From: a virus
Lineage: Duplodnaviria; Caudoviricetes
DNA length: 64,000 nucleotides
Virus record (IMG/VR): IMGVR_UViG_3300025924_000017
Coordinates: 128,001 to 192,000 of that record
Direction: 5' to 3' (one strand)
Both the position numbers and the translations under genes were made by a program. Under the pieces are notes generated by a model that worked only from the letters and a program-made list of their open reading frames with translations, was not told where the DNA came from and searched no databases. This document shows positions 8,619 to 17,944 of this stretch, piece by piece (position 1 is the stretch's first letter; each line of letters begins with the position of its first letter).

Positions 8619-10090
8619 TGGGCTCCCTCCAGTAAGCTCTCCGCATACAGCGGCCCGAAAAGGGCAGGATGTGTCAGCGCCAGAATGGTCATCTTGGCGC
8701 CGATCTCCGTGAGCGCGTCGTAGTAGTCGGCGCTCAGGTGATTGCCGGACTTCTCGTGACCGAGTTCGTGGATCACGAGGTCGATGATCTTGTGTAACGG
8801 CCCGCTGAAGAAGCCGTACCCGAGGCGCCCGACATTGAAGTCCAGATTGCGGTGCCCGTAAGTCGCGACTTCGCCCACCGTGGTATTGTTACTGAACGAC
8901 ACGTTGATCTTGACGCCGATGACATGCGGTGCAGCGGCTTCGCAGAACGCGGCAATCGCGACCATCGATTCCGTCCACTTGCTGCGCGGGATCGTGATGC
9001 GGGGAACGGTATTGTCCGGGCGCGACGGTGTGACCTTGCCAGCAGGCAGGATCGCATTTGCCCGGCGCATCAGCCCCCACTCGACGCCGGACAGGTTGCC
9101 GCCATGGACGACCTGATAGCCCTGCGAGACGGCGATGTTGTTCGCTTCCGGATCGGACGGATCATACGCGACACGATGCGTGCCGAAGCGCAGGTCCGCA
9201 ATCTTGCGGATCGTGTCGTCCGAGAGATCGTCGCCGCCTTCCTGCACGGCGATCTTGATCCACGATTCGTTGACATCCTCGACCTTGAGGCTGTCACGCA
9301 TATGCTCGACCGTGAGTGCGTGCACCTTGGCGAGGTAAGCCGGTGTGACGTTGTCGCGGTCTAGGTTCAGCGGAACCTTCTGATGGACGTTGACATGATA
9401 GCGTCCGTCGATCTCGACCACCGGGATGCCCATCTCGTAGAGATACGCCTGATCGGCCGCGTGGTGGATCGTGACCTTGGTCTTGCGGGTCGTACGCCGC
9501 ATGACGCCTTCACTGTCAGCGACTTCCGTGGGCAGCGACTCGGCGAAAGACACCTCGGGAGGCAACGGCTGGAGGTATTGAACCCCGGCGCCGAAGTCGA
9601 AGCTGGTCGTCACGCCTTCCGGCGGGATCAGAAGATGAAGCGCTTCCTCGCAAGCCGCGATGTCGTCGTTCGTCATGCGAAGTTCGCCGACGAATTCGGT
9701 ACCACTGTTGCGGCAGTTGCTTGTGGAGGACCGGCGCCCGGACTCCTCGAAGTACACAGCGCCCTTCGTAGAGCGGATAGACGCTTTGCGGCACATCGCC
9801 AGTACGAGCTTTTCGCCGAGATTGAAACGGCCACGCTTTTCTGCATCGACTTTCTTGGCGGATTCGGCGAACAACGTGAACGCGTGCGTGAGATCGACGA
9901 AGCCTTCCGGGTTGTCGTCGATGACGATCAGGCGGACGTATGGACTGGAGCCGATGCGCTCGATCTTGACCGAAACGTTATTCGTCTTCTCGTCGTAGGC
10001 GTTTTGCAGCAGTTCGTATAGGATGAACCATTTGGGCTTGCCCTCGCGGAGCTTCGCCAAGCCGTCTTTGGAGACTTCGAACCAATCCAT
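8615..10090 (-). CDS. GHKL (HATPase_c) ATPase with C-terminal HExxH zincin motif
   Basis: YELLQNAYDE (N box), DDNPEG, RGRFNLGEK, GTEF; C-terminal IHELGH. Confidence 0.7.
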   Translation of the reverse strand: MDWFEVSKDGLAKLREGKPKWFILYELLQNAYDEKTNNVSVKIERIGSSPYVRLIVIDDNPEGFVDLTHAFTLFAESAKKVDAEKRGRFNLGEKLVLAMCRKASIRSTKGAVYFEESGRRSSTSNCRNSGTEFVGELRMTNDDIAACEEALHLLIPPEGVTTSFDFGAGVQYLQPLPPEVSFAESLPTEVADSEGVMRRTTRKTKVTIHHAADQAYLYEMGIPVVEIDGRYHVNVHQKVPLNLDRDNVTPAYLAKVHALTVEHMRDSLKVEDVNESWIKIAVQEGGDDLSDDTIRKIADLRFGTHRVAYDPSDPEANNIAVSQGYQVVHGGNLSGVEWGLMRRANAILPAGKVTPSRPDNTVPRITIPRSKWTESMVAIAAFCEAAAPHVIGVKINVSFSNNTTVGEVATYGHRNLDFNVGRLGYGFFSGPLHKIIDLVIHELGHEKSGNHLSADYYDALTEIGAKMTILALTHPALFGPLYAESLLEGAH

Positions 10091-10092
10091 GA

Positions 10093-10266
10093 TCAGGCCC
10101 TCACTGCGATGGGGTTGGTGAACGCATCGACGCCGGAGCGGCGCAGACGTGCAACCAGCTTACGCGCCACCGCGTACGGGCGCAGGCGCGGGTTGTTGCC
10201 GACATGCCTGCTGTAGGCCGTGGCAGAAGGCCAGTAGCGCACCTCATGCATTTTGCGCATTTTCAT
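10093..10266 (-). CDS. Small basic hypothetical protein (57 aa, not in the ORF track)
   Basis: MKMRKMHEVRYWPS...; fills the gap between genes. Confidence 0.5.
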   Translation of the reverse strand: MKMRKMHEVRYWPSATAYSRHVGNNPRLRPYAVARKLVARLRRSGVDAFTNPIAVRA

Positions 10267-10268
10267 GA

Positions 10269-10634
10269 TCAAAACTTCCCTTCGAGTGAGAAACCGTGGC
10301 GCTGGATGATCGGCTCGATGGTCTCGACAGTGAGCATCGCAGAGCCGAGCGACGACACGAGCTTCGCCAAATTCTTCTCGCGCTGTTTGTCTTGATCGAG
10401 CACGCGCTCAAAGGCCTCGATCAGGCGCGACTTGAACTCGTAGCTGTTGAGTCCTTCGATGAGAGCAGGCTCTTCCTGATCGCATTCGTGCAGGTTCGTT
10501 TGACGGTCGGCGAGGATGTCCAGAACGCGATCCACCAGCGGGCCGGTGATTGTGACCGTGAGGCCGGGCTGTTTCGCCTTGTGGACACCGAGGTAGTCCA
10601 CGGCGAGGCTGCGAATTAGCGGAGCGTGAGCCAT
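10269..10634 (-). CDS. Hypothetical protein
   Basis: 121 aa ORF in operon. Confidence 0.55.
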   Translation of the reverse strand: MAHAPLIRSLAVDYLGVHKAKQPGLTVTITGPLVDRVLDILADRQTNLHECDQEEPALIEGLNSYEFKSRLIEAFERVLDQDKQREKNLAKLVSSLGSAMLTVETIEPIIQRHGFSLEGKF

Positions 10635-10635
10635 G

Positions 10636-10884
10636 TTACTCCTCCACCGCGTCGTCGTTCATGTGGGCGCGATAGATATCGCGGCCGAATTCGGTACCGA
10701 CGTTGTGCCAGCGCCAGTCCTTCGGCAGCTTGCCGGTCTGCGCCTTCGTCGGGGAGGCGTAGTAGTAATCCCCGATGGCATAGAGGGCGACCTGATAGCT
10801 GCCCGGCTGGTAGGTATAGTCTTTCATCTCGGCGAGATCGAAGCCGAGGTGCGTTGCGATGATCTCCGGTGCTCGTTTTGCCAT
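10636..10884 (-). CDS. Hypothetical protein
   Basis: 82 aa ORF downstream of a promoter. Confidence 0.6.
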   Translation of the reverse strand: MAKRAPEIIATHLGFDLAEMKDYTYQPGSYQVALYAIGDYYYASPTKAQTGKLPKDWRWHNVGTEFGRDIYRAHMNDDAVEE

Positions 10885-10914
10885 TTGCGACTCCGTTTGC
10901 GATTGAACGGATAC

Positions 10915-10943
10915 CTTATAGCGAGCCCGAATTCAATTGTCAA
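10915..10943 (-). promoter_or_regulatory. Sigma70-like promoter
   Basis: Minus strand TTGACA-17 nt-TATAAG. Confidence 0.65.
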
Positions 10944-10966
10944 CAGTCGAGTGACGAATTAACCTA

Positions 10967-11167
10967 TTATATATTCGGGGCTGCCGGGGTTGTGGGCAGC
11001 GGAATTGCTGAAAAACGCCGCTGGGCGTGCCAAAGTGTGATGTGGTTGGCGGTGCCTTCAATGGTTACGTTCTTGATGGTGTGGGCGCCTTGGAGGTGAG
11101 CCTTGAACGCACCGCCGTCAGTAAACCACTTGGGGCAAAATGGGCATTTGAACGACATCCCACCCAT
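10967..11167 (-). CDS. C2H2 zinc-finger small protein
   Basis: CPFCPKWF...AHLQGAH. Confidence 0.6.
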   Translation of the reverse strand: MGGMSFKCPFCPKWFTDGGAFKAHLQGAHTIKNVTIEGTANHITLWHAQRRFSAIPLPTTPAAPNI

Positions 11168-11641
11168 TTACTTCTGCCCTTCCGCGATATCGATCAGTTT
11201 TTGGCGGAGCGCGACTGCGTCCCACCACGCGTTATGCTGGACGGCGTCTGCCAGTCGCGTCGGATAGGCATCGACGCGACGCATCTCGAATTTAAGGCTT
11301 GGAATCCCTGAGACCATTTCGCCCGGCTTCGTGATCACAGCCCGGCAGAAGTATGCAATATCGTCGGGCCAGTCGGTGACGATCACCGGGTCATTGTCTC
11401 GGGAAAGGAACGTCTCGATCATCCGGGCGAGTTCTGCCGGTTCGTTGTAGCGCAGGATCGTGATGGACGGCAGCACTTTGTCCATGAACGGATGCACGTT
11501 CTTCTTCACCCACGGATGGAGCTTGCGTGCGTCGTATTTTGCGACGGCGTAGAAGTGATCCATGAGATCGTCGCGCACGAGCGCGAGGCTCAGGAGTTCG
11601 CCACCATGGCCGTTGAATTCGCAATCGAGATAGTAGCGCAT
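11168..11641 (-). CDS. DEDD 3'-5' exonuclease, Rv2179c-like
   Basis: YLDCEFNG...DWPDDIAYF...HNAWWDA. Confidence 0.75.
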   Translation of the reverse strand: MRYYLDCEFNGHGGELLSLALVRDDLMDHFYAVAKYDARKLHPWVKKNVHPFMDKVLPSITILRYNEPAELARMIETFLSRDNDPVIVTDWPDDIAYFCRAVITKPGEMVSGIPSLKFEMRRVDAYPTRLADAVQHNAWWDAVALRQKLIDIAEGQK

Positions 11642-11722
11642 GTAATCCTCGTAGCACGGATGATGCTAATTGTCAACTTGTAGCGGACAAATCAAAATTC
11701 ATACCGCCGATTTCTCTTTCGC

Positions 11723-12133
11723 CTATTCAGGCTTGAGGAAGGGAACACGGCTCCCACCGAAAATATCTTCCTCCACGAGCTTTCTTTCGAGAACGCTCGG
11801 CGCGTACTTTTTCCGCTGCTCGGCGTTTAGCTGCTTGACACGTCTGACTGTGAAGCTATCCGGCGATGAGAACCAGTCACCTGCGGCGTTGATGCGCATA
11901 CGCAAAAGGTTGGTGTCGGGGGCAAAATTCAGCACGCCGATATCATCCGCACTCGCCAATTCACCCCGAATGTCGTATCTGTGTTCGTCGGGCGACCATA
12001 TGACTTGAAGGTAACGAATGACGCCTGCGTTCGCTAACTGGGGATAGGACCTCTTCTCCTCGATGGCTGCGACAGGAACACGGCGCAACTCACGACCGGC
12101 CCCAATGTAGAATCTGATTTTCGTACTCGACAT
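11723..12133 (-). CDS. Hypothetical protein
   Basis: 136 aa ORF. Confidence 0.55.
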   Translation of the reverse strand: MSSTKIRFYIGAGRELRRVPVAAIEEKRSYPQLANAGVIRYLQVIWSPDEHRYDIRGELASADDIGVLNFAPDTNLLRMRINAAGDWFSSPDSFTVRRVKQLNAEQRKKYAPSVLERKLVEEDIFGGSRVPFLKPE

Positions 12134-12163
12134 CAGTGATTCCTTTTAAGTCCGCGCAGCCGC

Positions 12164-12445
12164 TCAAAGCCAGTCTTCAAGTCTCTTTATTGTCGCCGCG
12201 TCGAGCTTGCGCCGCGTTCCCTTGATAGGCTTGTGCCCGTTGGTGTAATCGGTCATGTCGGTGATCCACCACTGGACCTTCGGATAGAACGCGACCTCGA
12301 CGCTGACCCATTGGATTGTCTTCTTCGCGCCCTTGCCGGTAGTGATCTTGTAGAGACCCTCGCGAGGGAGTCCGATCTTCTTGGCTTCCTCGGTGGCCCT
12401 CTTCTCGCGAGCGCGTTCGATCTGGCGACGATCAACCACGAGCAT
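12164..12445 (-). CDS. Hypothetical protein
   Basis: Start trimmed to MLVVDRR to avoid overlap. Confidence 0.5.
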   Translation of the reverse strand: MLVVDRRQIERAREKRATEEAKKIGLPREGLYKITTGKGAKKTIQWVSVEVAFYPKVQWWITDMTDYTNGHKPIKGTRRKLDAATIKRLEDWL

Positions 12446-12812
12446 TTCTCCGATTGATTTCACGCTGTTTGGCGTCCATCTCGGCGACGATGGTATTTGG
12501 CCCTTCGCATTCCTCGACGAGATCGCGGTGCCTGCCCCAAATTTTCCACCACCGTGAGCGCCCATTGAGGTCCCAGCAGCCGAAGCAGGTGTGATCGTCC
12601 CAATAGTAAGGCCAGCCCGCCCAACGCTCGCCTTTCACACGCGGACGGTCTTGACGTAGCCCCATCGGACCGCAGACGTTCTCTCCGTCACGCGTCCGAT
12701 AGAATTTCCCAGCCTCGATCTTCGACAGGATCGTGACGGACGTGTCGGAGTGCTCAAATGGAGCCAACGTTTGCTCTTTGGCGCCCAGTAACTTGGAGAT
12801 AAAAGCGAGCAT
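12432..12812 (-). CDS. Hypothetical protein
   Basis: Start MLAFISK coupled to the upstream stop. Confidence 0.5.
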   Translation of the reverse strand: MLAFISKLLGAKEQTLAPFEHSDTSVTILSKIEAGKFYRTRDGENVCGPMGLRQDRPRVKGERWAGWPYYWDDHTCFGCWDLNGRSRWWKIWGRHRDLVEECEGPNTIVAEMDAKQREINRRNARG

Positions 12813-13045
12813 CAGGCCGATTCCTCGACGTCGAGGTGAACCAAGGCGAGCGGATTGGCGAGCTTCGCGAGGTGGATCGCGAACGTCGCCTCGATTTCCG
12901 AGAAACCCGTCGCGCGCTTCTTGCAATCATCCCAAGTGGGATAGTTGCTGGTCGGGAGCCAGATCAACGTGAAGTCATCAACGGCGAGATACGAGCGTTC
13001 GCCACCACGAACCGGCTCCTCACGGTAAACAACGAACTTCGCCAT
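12812..13045 (-). CDS. Hypothetical protein
   Basis: Start MAKFVVY coupled to the upstream stop. Confidence 0.55.
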   Translation of the reverse strand: MAKFVVYREEPVRGGERSYLAVDDFTLIWLPTSNYPTWDDCKKRATGFSEIEATFAIHLAKLANPLALVHLDVEESA

Positions 13046-15081
13046 CAGTAACGCACTCCATAGACTGTACCGCCGCCGGAATCGCGCACCTTTCCAGCAT
13101 GATAATCCTCGGCCGCCAGCAGCAACGGCGCCCACTTCAAATACTCCCGTCGCGTACGCGGATCGGAAAAGAACTGTTTGAAGTCCCCCGGTTTGTACGC
13201 CGAGACGTTCAGTAGTTCATTCGCCGGAACCTCGACGGATTGTTTGACCGCGTCGGGGCGCTCGTAGCGCGGACGACGCCAGTCACGACTTTCGCGAGTC
13301 CACCGAAATACAGCCTTGCGAGAGCGTGCTTTCCACTCAGTCGCTTTGCCAACGTATCCCGGTCCCGGACTGTCATCCGGGCGATAGCGCTTATAATTCG
13401 GATGGGTTCCGCGATGCCGGTAATCGTTCCGGATGCGTTTGTTTTCGCGTTCGGCTTCCCGGCGTAGCCAGTAGTCTTCCTGACCGACGAGTATGCTGTC
13501 GGGCGTGATCTGCGCGTTCAACTTCTCGCGAAACGCCTCGAAGTCCGGTTTGTCGCCGTGGGTCAGAGTCACCGCATCGTAGACAAGTTCAACCGAACGG
13601 GCGAAACTGTCAGGCTCCCACATGCGAACCGGCACGTGCGGATGGAGGACCTCCGAGCGGTCGAATAGGCCCTGCACGATCACCGCGATCCGGTTGTATT
13701 TCTTGATCTCGGCCTCGATCTCCCGGAGCACATCGTCGAAGTAGACATTCGTTTGATCGAACGGCTTCCATTCGTGTTTGTACTCGTGGCGGAAGCCAAT
13801 GCTCTTGTGAAACGGGTTCTCGATCCAATTGTTGTCACCCGGATTGGCTTTTTCCCATTCCTTATACTTGCGGTACTGCTCCGCCTCCTCGGCGACGAGC
13901 GACTCCCAACGCTTCTTGGGCATCATTTCATCGATGCGCCCAAACGATACCTTGACCATCATCGGCTCGCCGGGATCGAATTGATCCTTGTTCGGGATGA
14001 TCATCTCGTCAAACACGAAGTCGCAATCGACGCGCCAGAGTTGCTCCCCGTTGCGCACATAGAGGAACGTGGTCTTGTCAGCGTCTTCCAGTGAAAAATT
14101 GACGAACATCGTTCGAATGTTGCCGTCACTCTCGCGATCCTTGGTGTGACGGCGGACGCGAAATGCCACCAACGTCCGTGGGAACGGAAGAAGACGGTCA
14201 CGATTTTCAGGACGGGAGAGCCACGCATCGAACTTTTCGATGTCTTTGAACTCCATCCCACCGGCCTCGTAGTTGGCGAGGCACTCTTCATCCATATACA
14301 ATCGACGCTGCATCACGTGCAGTTTCTCGGCGATGGCTGCGGGTTCGCCGTCGCAGCATTTCACGGCTTCCTCGGTCAACCCGGCGTAAAGCTCGATGGT
14401 ATAGATGCGCTCTTTGACGGCGCCGATGCTCTGCTCCATCGGCCCGATGGAGGCTTCAAGGGGCATTGTGGGTGCGAGCATCCACTTCGCCAATTGCTGA
14501 TTGGCTTCCTTGATCTGTGCGAACAGTGCGGGCAAAGTTTTCTCGGCGGCCTTTACGAGGGCGTTCTTGTAGGCCTTGGTGTCTGGCTGGCTGGAGACAA
14601 CCACGAGCGCGTTTTGACCTTCACCGCTCGCAGTATCGTCATCATCATCGGAATCGTCCGCAATCTGCCGGGTAGGAACGACGCCCAGCTTTGCCGTAAG
14701 CGCCCTGACTTCCTCCAAGAGCGACCGCACTTGCAACCGCGCGCGACCTTGGCGGTCGGCGATGTATTGATCCGCTTCGGGAGCAGGCGTCAGTTCCTTG
14801 TCGAATTCGTCGAAGTGCACACGGACCGAACTGGACCCGCGTTCCCCGGGAGGAGACTTGAGCTTGACGTAATTCGACCCGATTTCCATGACGCAGCCGA
14901 GCCAGCGATACTTCTGACCCTCCTTCAGCTTCTTCCCATCGTCATCGGTCTCGCCGCCCCACGACGCTTCATCGTTGACCCAATACCATTGCCCGAGCTT
15001 GAGATCGTCCACTCGACCGGCGTCGAACGGCTCGGTCGTCTTGATTGGTGCGGGTGTGTTTTTGTTCTTGTCTTTTTTCAT
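13045..15081 (-). CDS. Large hypothetical protein (about 680 aa) with coiled coils
   Basis: Long ORF with phage codon usage; likely start MKKDKNK. Confidence 0.7.
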   Translation of the reverse strand: MKKDKNKNTPAPIKTTEPFDAGRVDDLKLGQWYWVNDEASWGGETDDDGKKLKEGQKYRWLGCVMEIGSNYVKLKSPPGERGSSSVRVHFDEFDKELTPAPEADQYIADRQGRARLQVRSLLEEVRALTAKLGVVPTRQIADDSDDDDDTASGEGQNALVVVSSQPDTKAYKNALVKAAEKTLPALFAQIKEANQQLAKWMLAPTMPLEASIGPMEQSIGAVKERIYTIELYAGLTEEAVKCCDGEPAAIAEKLHVMQRRLYMDEECLANYEAGGMEFKDIEKFDAWLSRPENRDRLLPFPRTLVAFRVRRHTKDRESDGNIRTMFVNFSLEDADKTTFLYVRNGEQLWRVDCDFVFDEMIIPNKDQFDPGEPMMVKVSFGRIDEMMPKKRWESLVAEEAEQYRKYKEWEKANPGDNNWIENPFHKSIGFRHEYKHEWKPFDQTNVYFDDVLREIEAEIKKYNRIAVIVQGLFDRSEVLHPHVPVRMWEPDSFARSVELVYDAVTLTHGDKPDFEAFREKLNAQITPDSILVGQEDYWLRREAERENKRIRNDYRHRGTHPNYKRYRPDDSPGPGYVGKATEWKARSRKAVFRWTRESRDWRRPRYERPDAVKQSVEVPANELLNVSAYKPGDFKQFFSDPRTRREYLKWAPLLLAAEDYHAGKVRDSGGGTVYGVRY

Positions 15082-15181
15082 CTGTGTGTGATGTACCAAA
15101 GCATGACGCCCCAGCCGGTGAAGAGCACGATCCCGAAGATGCAATAGCCGTAGATCAGAATGTCTTCAGTCGGGGGCAGTT

Positions 15182-15718
15182 TCATTCGGGTTTCAACTCC
15201 GCAGCGTCCATGAACTCCCACGAGTCGAACTGATCGCTCTCGGAGTCTTCCACATCGAGGTCTTCAGCCATCTCTTTGGCCTCGGCCTCGCTATCGGCTT
15301 CGACGTGGAAATGATAGACGCGGCATTCGCGTTTTCGGACGAGGAAGGTCTTCTTCCCCTTCGATGCTGTCGCTCTTGCTTTGGCCTCTTTGCGTTCTTT
15401 CGTCGCGTCTTCCCTCAAGAGTTCTTCGGGGTCATCCAAAGCTGCGGTGATGCGTCGGGCGAGATCGGCCATGAGGTCCGCAATCTTTGCCACCGGCTTG
15501 TGCTCCATGAAGACCCACGCTTCATTGGGATGCGCGAGCGCCCATTCGACTTCAGCCTCATTATGCGTGACTGACGCGAAGTGTTGCATCTCATGGGACG
15601 AGACGCCGATCAACTTTCCTGCACGGGTGCGAGAAGTTGCTGCAACAACCGCCCGGGCGCGGGGATAGCGATGATCGATGTAGCGAACGCCGAAGACTTT
15701 GAGCTTCGACTTTGCCAT
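15182..15718 (-). CDS. Hypothetical protein
   Basis: 178 aa ORF in operon. Confidence 0.55.
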   Translation of the reverse strand: MAKSKLKVFGVRYIDHRYPRARAVVAATSRTRAGKLIGVSSHEMQHFASVTHNEAEVEWALAHPNEAWVFMEHKPVAKIADLMADLARRITAALDDPEELLREDATKERKEAKARATASKGKKTFLVRKRECRVYHFHVEADSEAEAKEMAEDLDVEDSESDQFDSWEFMDAAELKPE

Positions 15719-15984
15719 CAGCGATCCTCCTCACGGAGCTTTGCAGCAGCCGCAGCGAAGTCGATGACCTTGCCCTCAGGCAGACCCGTCAGATGTTTCT
15801 TCTGGAGGCCGATCACCACCATGGCACCCGAAAGCGCGGTCACGCTCAGTTCATTATCGAAGTACCCGTGATACGCGACGCCGGTCGGAGTCGTCACGAC
15901 ATAGACCTGAAACAGGCCCTTGTCGTGCCGGGTCTCGAACAGAAGCCGTCCGCGCTTGTCTGGGTCAACCTTCAAAATCATCAT
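15718..15984 (-). CDS. Hypothetical protein
   Basis: 88 aa coupled ORF. Confidence 0.55.
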   Translation of the reverse strand: MMILKVDPDKRGRLLFETRHDKGLFQVYVVTTPTGVAYHGYFDNELSVTALSGAMVVIGLQKKHLTGLPEGKVIDFAAAAAKLREEDR

Positions 15985-16163
15985 TCCTTTCGTTTTACTT
16001 CGCTACTCTGTTTCTGCTCGACCGCCTCGCGTACGCACGACGGATGCGCTTTATCTCCGGGTATCCCCAGACTTGCCAGCGTGGTGTGAAATCCTAAGGT
16101 CGTTTCGTTGGAGCCGTCCGGGGCTCGCCGAAGACGCTTCTTGCAGATTTCACACACTCTCAT
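15981..16163 (-). CDS. Small Cys/His hypothetical protein
   Basis: CEIC...HPSC. Confidence 0.5.
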   Translation of the reverse strand: MRVCEICKKRLRRAPDGSNETTLGFHTTLASLGIPGDKAHPSCVREAVEQKQSSEVKRKE

Positions 16164-16177
16164 CCGGCATCCTTATA

Positions 16178-16924
16178 TCAGAACACCAGCCCGACCATCT
16201 TGTGTTCGCGGTCGGACGGCTCGATGTATGCCTCGGTCGTCACCAGCGAGCGATGCCCGAGCAAATGCTGCACGTCACGGACCGAGCCGCCGACTTCATT
16301 ACACCGGCGCGCCATATTGGTGCCGAACGTCCGGCGACCGCTGTGACTGGTGCAGCCAATGAACCCCGCCGCCGCGTACATGCGCCGGAGGAACTGCACG
16401 ATGGTGTTCGGCGGGCACTTGTGCTTGCTCGGATCGCGGTGCTGAGGCTTCAGCGTCGGGATCACGTAGACATCGTTCGGCCGCAACGTGCGCAACGCCT
16501 TGAGAGCTTTCCGCACATTGGGGTGCAAGGGGATTTCACGCGCCACGGTGCGCTTGCCGATATCCTTGGTCACGTGAAGGAACTTCCCGATCTCGGCGTC
16601 CGAGGTCAGGATGTTGCGCTTCCATTTGAGACCGGCGATTTCCTGCGCGCGCAGGCCACAGTAGAAGGAGAGGAGCACCATCGCGGTGTCGCGCAGGAGC
16701 TTGAACTCGTCGATGCCCACGGCAATGCCGTTCTTGTAATCGGTCGCGGTCTCGCGGATATGGGCGAGCAGGCGGTCGAACTGGTCGGCGTTCAGCGTCT
16801 TGGCGCGGGTCGCCGAGACGAGCTTATGGCGGGCTTGGGCGTCCCGAGCCTCGCCGGTCAGGGGCGGTGGTGCGCGGTAGAACTGCACCCGCTTGCCACT
16901 GCCGATTTTTGCCACAACGTTCAT
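16178..16924 (-). CDS. Tyrosine recombinase, catalytic domain only
   Basis: GLRAQE (R), HSGRRT (HxxR), LLGH, TEAY (Y). Confidence 0.85.
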   Translation of the reverse strand: MNVVAKIGSGKRVQFYRAPPPLTGEARDAQARHKLVSATRAKTLNADQFDRLLAHIRETATDYKNGIAVGIDEFKLLRDTAMVLLSFYCGLRAQEIAGLKWKRNILTSDAEIGKFLHVTKDIGKRTVAREIPLHPNVRKALKALRTLRPNDVYVIPTLKPQHRDPSKHKCPPNTIVQFLRRMYAAAGFIGCTSHSGRRTFGTNMARRCNEVGGSVRDVQHLLGHRSLVTTEAYIEPSDREHKMVGLVF

Positions 16925-16955
16925 TCGTCAACGCTCCAATGTCAGAACTGGAGGC

Positions 16956-16984
16956 GATATAGCCGGGTCGGGGCATTTTGTCAA
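16956..16984 (-). promoter_or_regulatory. Sigma70-like promoter of the recombinase
   Basis: Minus strand TTGACA-17 nt-TATATC. Confidence 0.6.
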
Positions 16985-17016
16985 CACTCGGCGTCAGAAA
17001 AAGTGACATGCCCAAA

Positions 17017-17397
17017 TCAGGCCCGATATTGTTTACCATCCGGGCGCCCGTCATGCGATAGGGCCGGGGCAGGGCTTTCCTCGGTTTTGCCGTCTTTGAA
17101 CTTGGCGAGGCGGTCGGCGCGGCAGGCTGCGAGCGCCTTGTCGAGAACGGAGGGATCGCTCTCGATGTACTTCGACCAGAGATCGTCGAACTTGCGCATG
17201 GCGTCGGGAAGCTGCGTGCGGAGTTTGACTTCGTAGACAGGGACGCCGTCGATCACGAACTGGGTCCATGACTGGCGACTGCGGCCCTGAGAATCGAAGC
17301 CGGGCTTGATCACATCGATCTGAAGATCGCCGCGTGTAAAGCAGCCGACGCGGTTTCCTTGGATGGAGCCGTCGTAGAGCGGAATGCGGTCGGACAC
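17017..17397 (-). CDS. Hypothetical protein
   Basis: 126 aa ORF. Confidence 0.55.
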   Translation of the reverse strand: MSDRIPLYDGSIQGNRVGCFTRGDLQIDVIKPGFDSQGRSRQSWTQFVIDGVPVYEVKLRTQLPDAMRKFDDLWSKYIESDPSVLDKALAACRADRLAKFKDGKTEESPAPALSHDGRPDGKQYRA

Positions 17398-17661
17398 TTA
17401 GAACGTAATCCAGCCGACATGAACGTTCTTGAAATCTTCCTGAGCCTTGTCGGTGACCGTCCATGCGCCCGGACGCTCCGCCGGTTCGAGCCAACCGAAG
17501 CGTTCGCAGATCAGAAGATTGGGGCAAATTCGCCACCCCCCATCACCCTCTTCGTGGGCGTATCGTGTTTCACCCTTCGCGAGCAGGCCGCCAATGAGAG
17601 CGACGGCGTTGACGTGTTGGAAACCGTCGATGGCACTTTCAGGGATATTGTACGCGTTCAT
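17398..17661 (-). CDS. Hypothetical protein
   Basis: Start trimmed to MNAYNIP. Confidence 0.5.
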   Translation of the reverse strand: MNAYNIPESAIDGFQHVNAVALIGGLLAKGETRYAHEEGDGGWRICPNLLICERFGWLEPAERPGAWTVTDKAQEDFKNVHVGWITF

Positions 17662-17882
17662 TTGTTCGGTCCTTGATCCTCGAAGATTTCTCTGACCCCG
17701 TGATCGGGGCAATCCTTGCGTGCCCACCACGCAATCTTGCCGTCCGGCCCAATAGCAACGATGAAATCCTTGCTCTTGTCCCCGGGCTTCGCGCAGTGTT
17801 CGCATTCCATTTTCGGCATGGCGGGACCATCGCGGAATAGGGCTTCAATGTCAAGATCGGCGGCAGTGGCGTTAATTTCCGG

Positions 17883-17911
17883 TTGACACCGTCGCGAACG
17901 GCGGCTAAAGC
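17883..17911 (+). promoter_or_regulatory. Promoter upstream of rIIA
   Basis: TTGACA-17 nt-TAAAGC, followed by a palindrome variant at 17911-17927. Confidence 0.5.
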
Positions 17912-17944
17912 GTCATGAACCACGACATTGGATAGCACACCTGC

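Noticed and set aside
15920-17236. 438 aa plus-strand ORF
   Set aside because: Antisense to the well-supported tyrosine recombinase; no motifs
7313-17900. Invertible segment bounded by inverted repeats
   Set aside because: The strand switch is suggestive, but no matching terminal inverted repeats were found by eye
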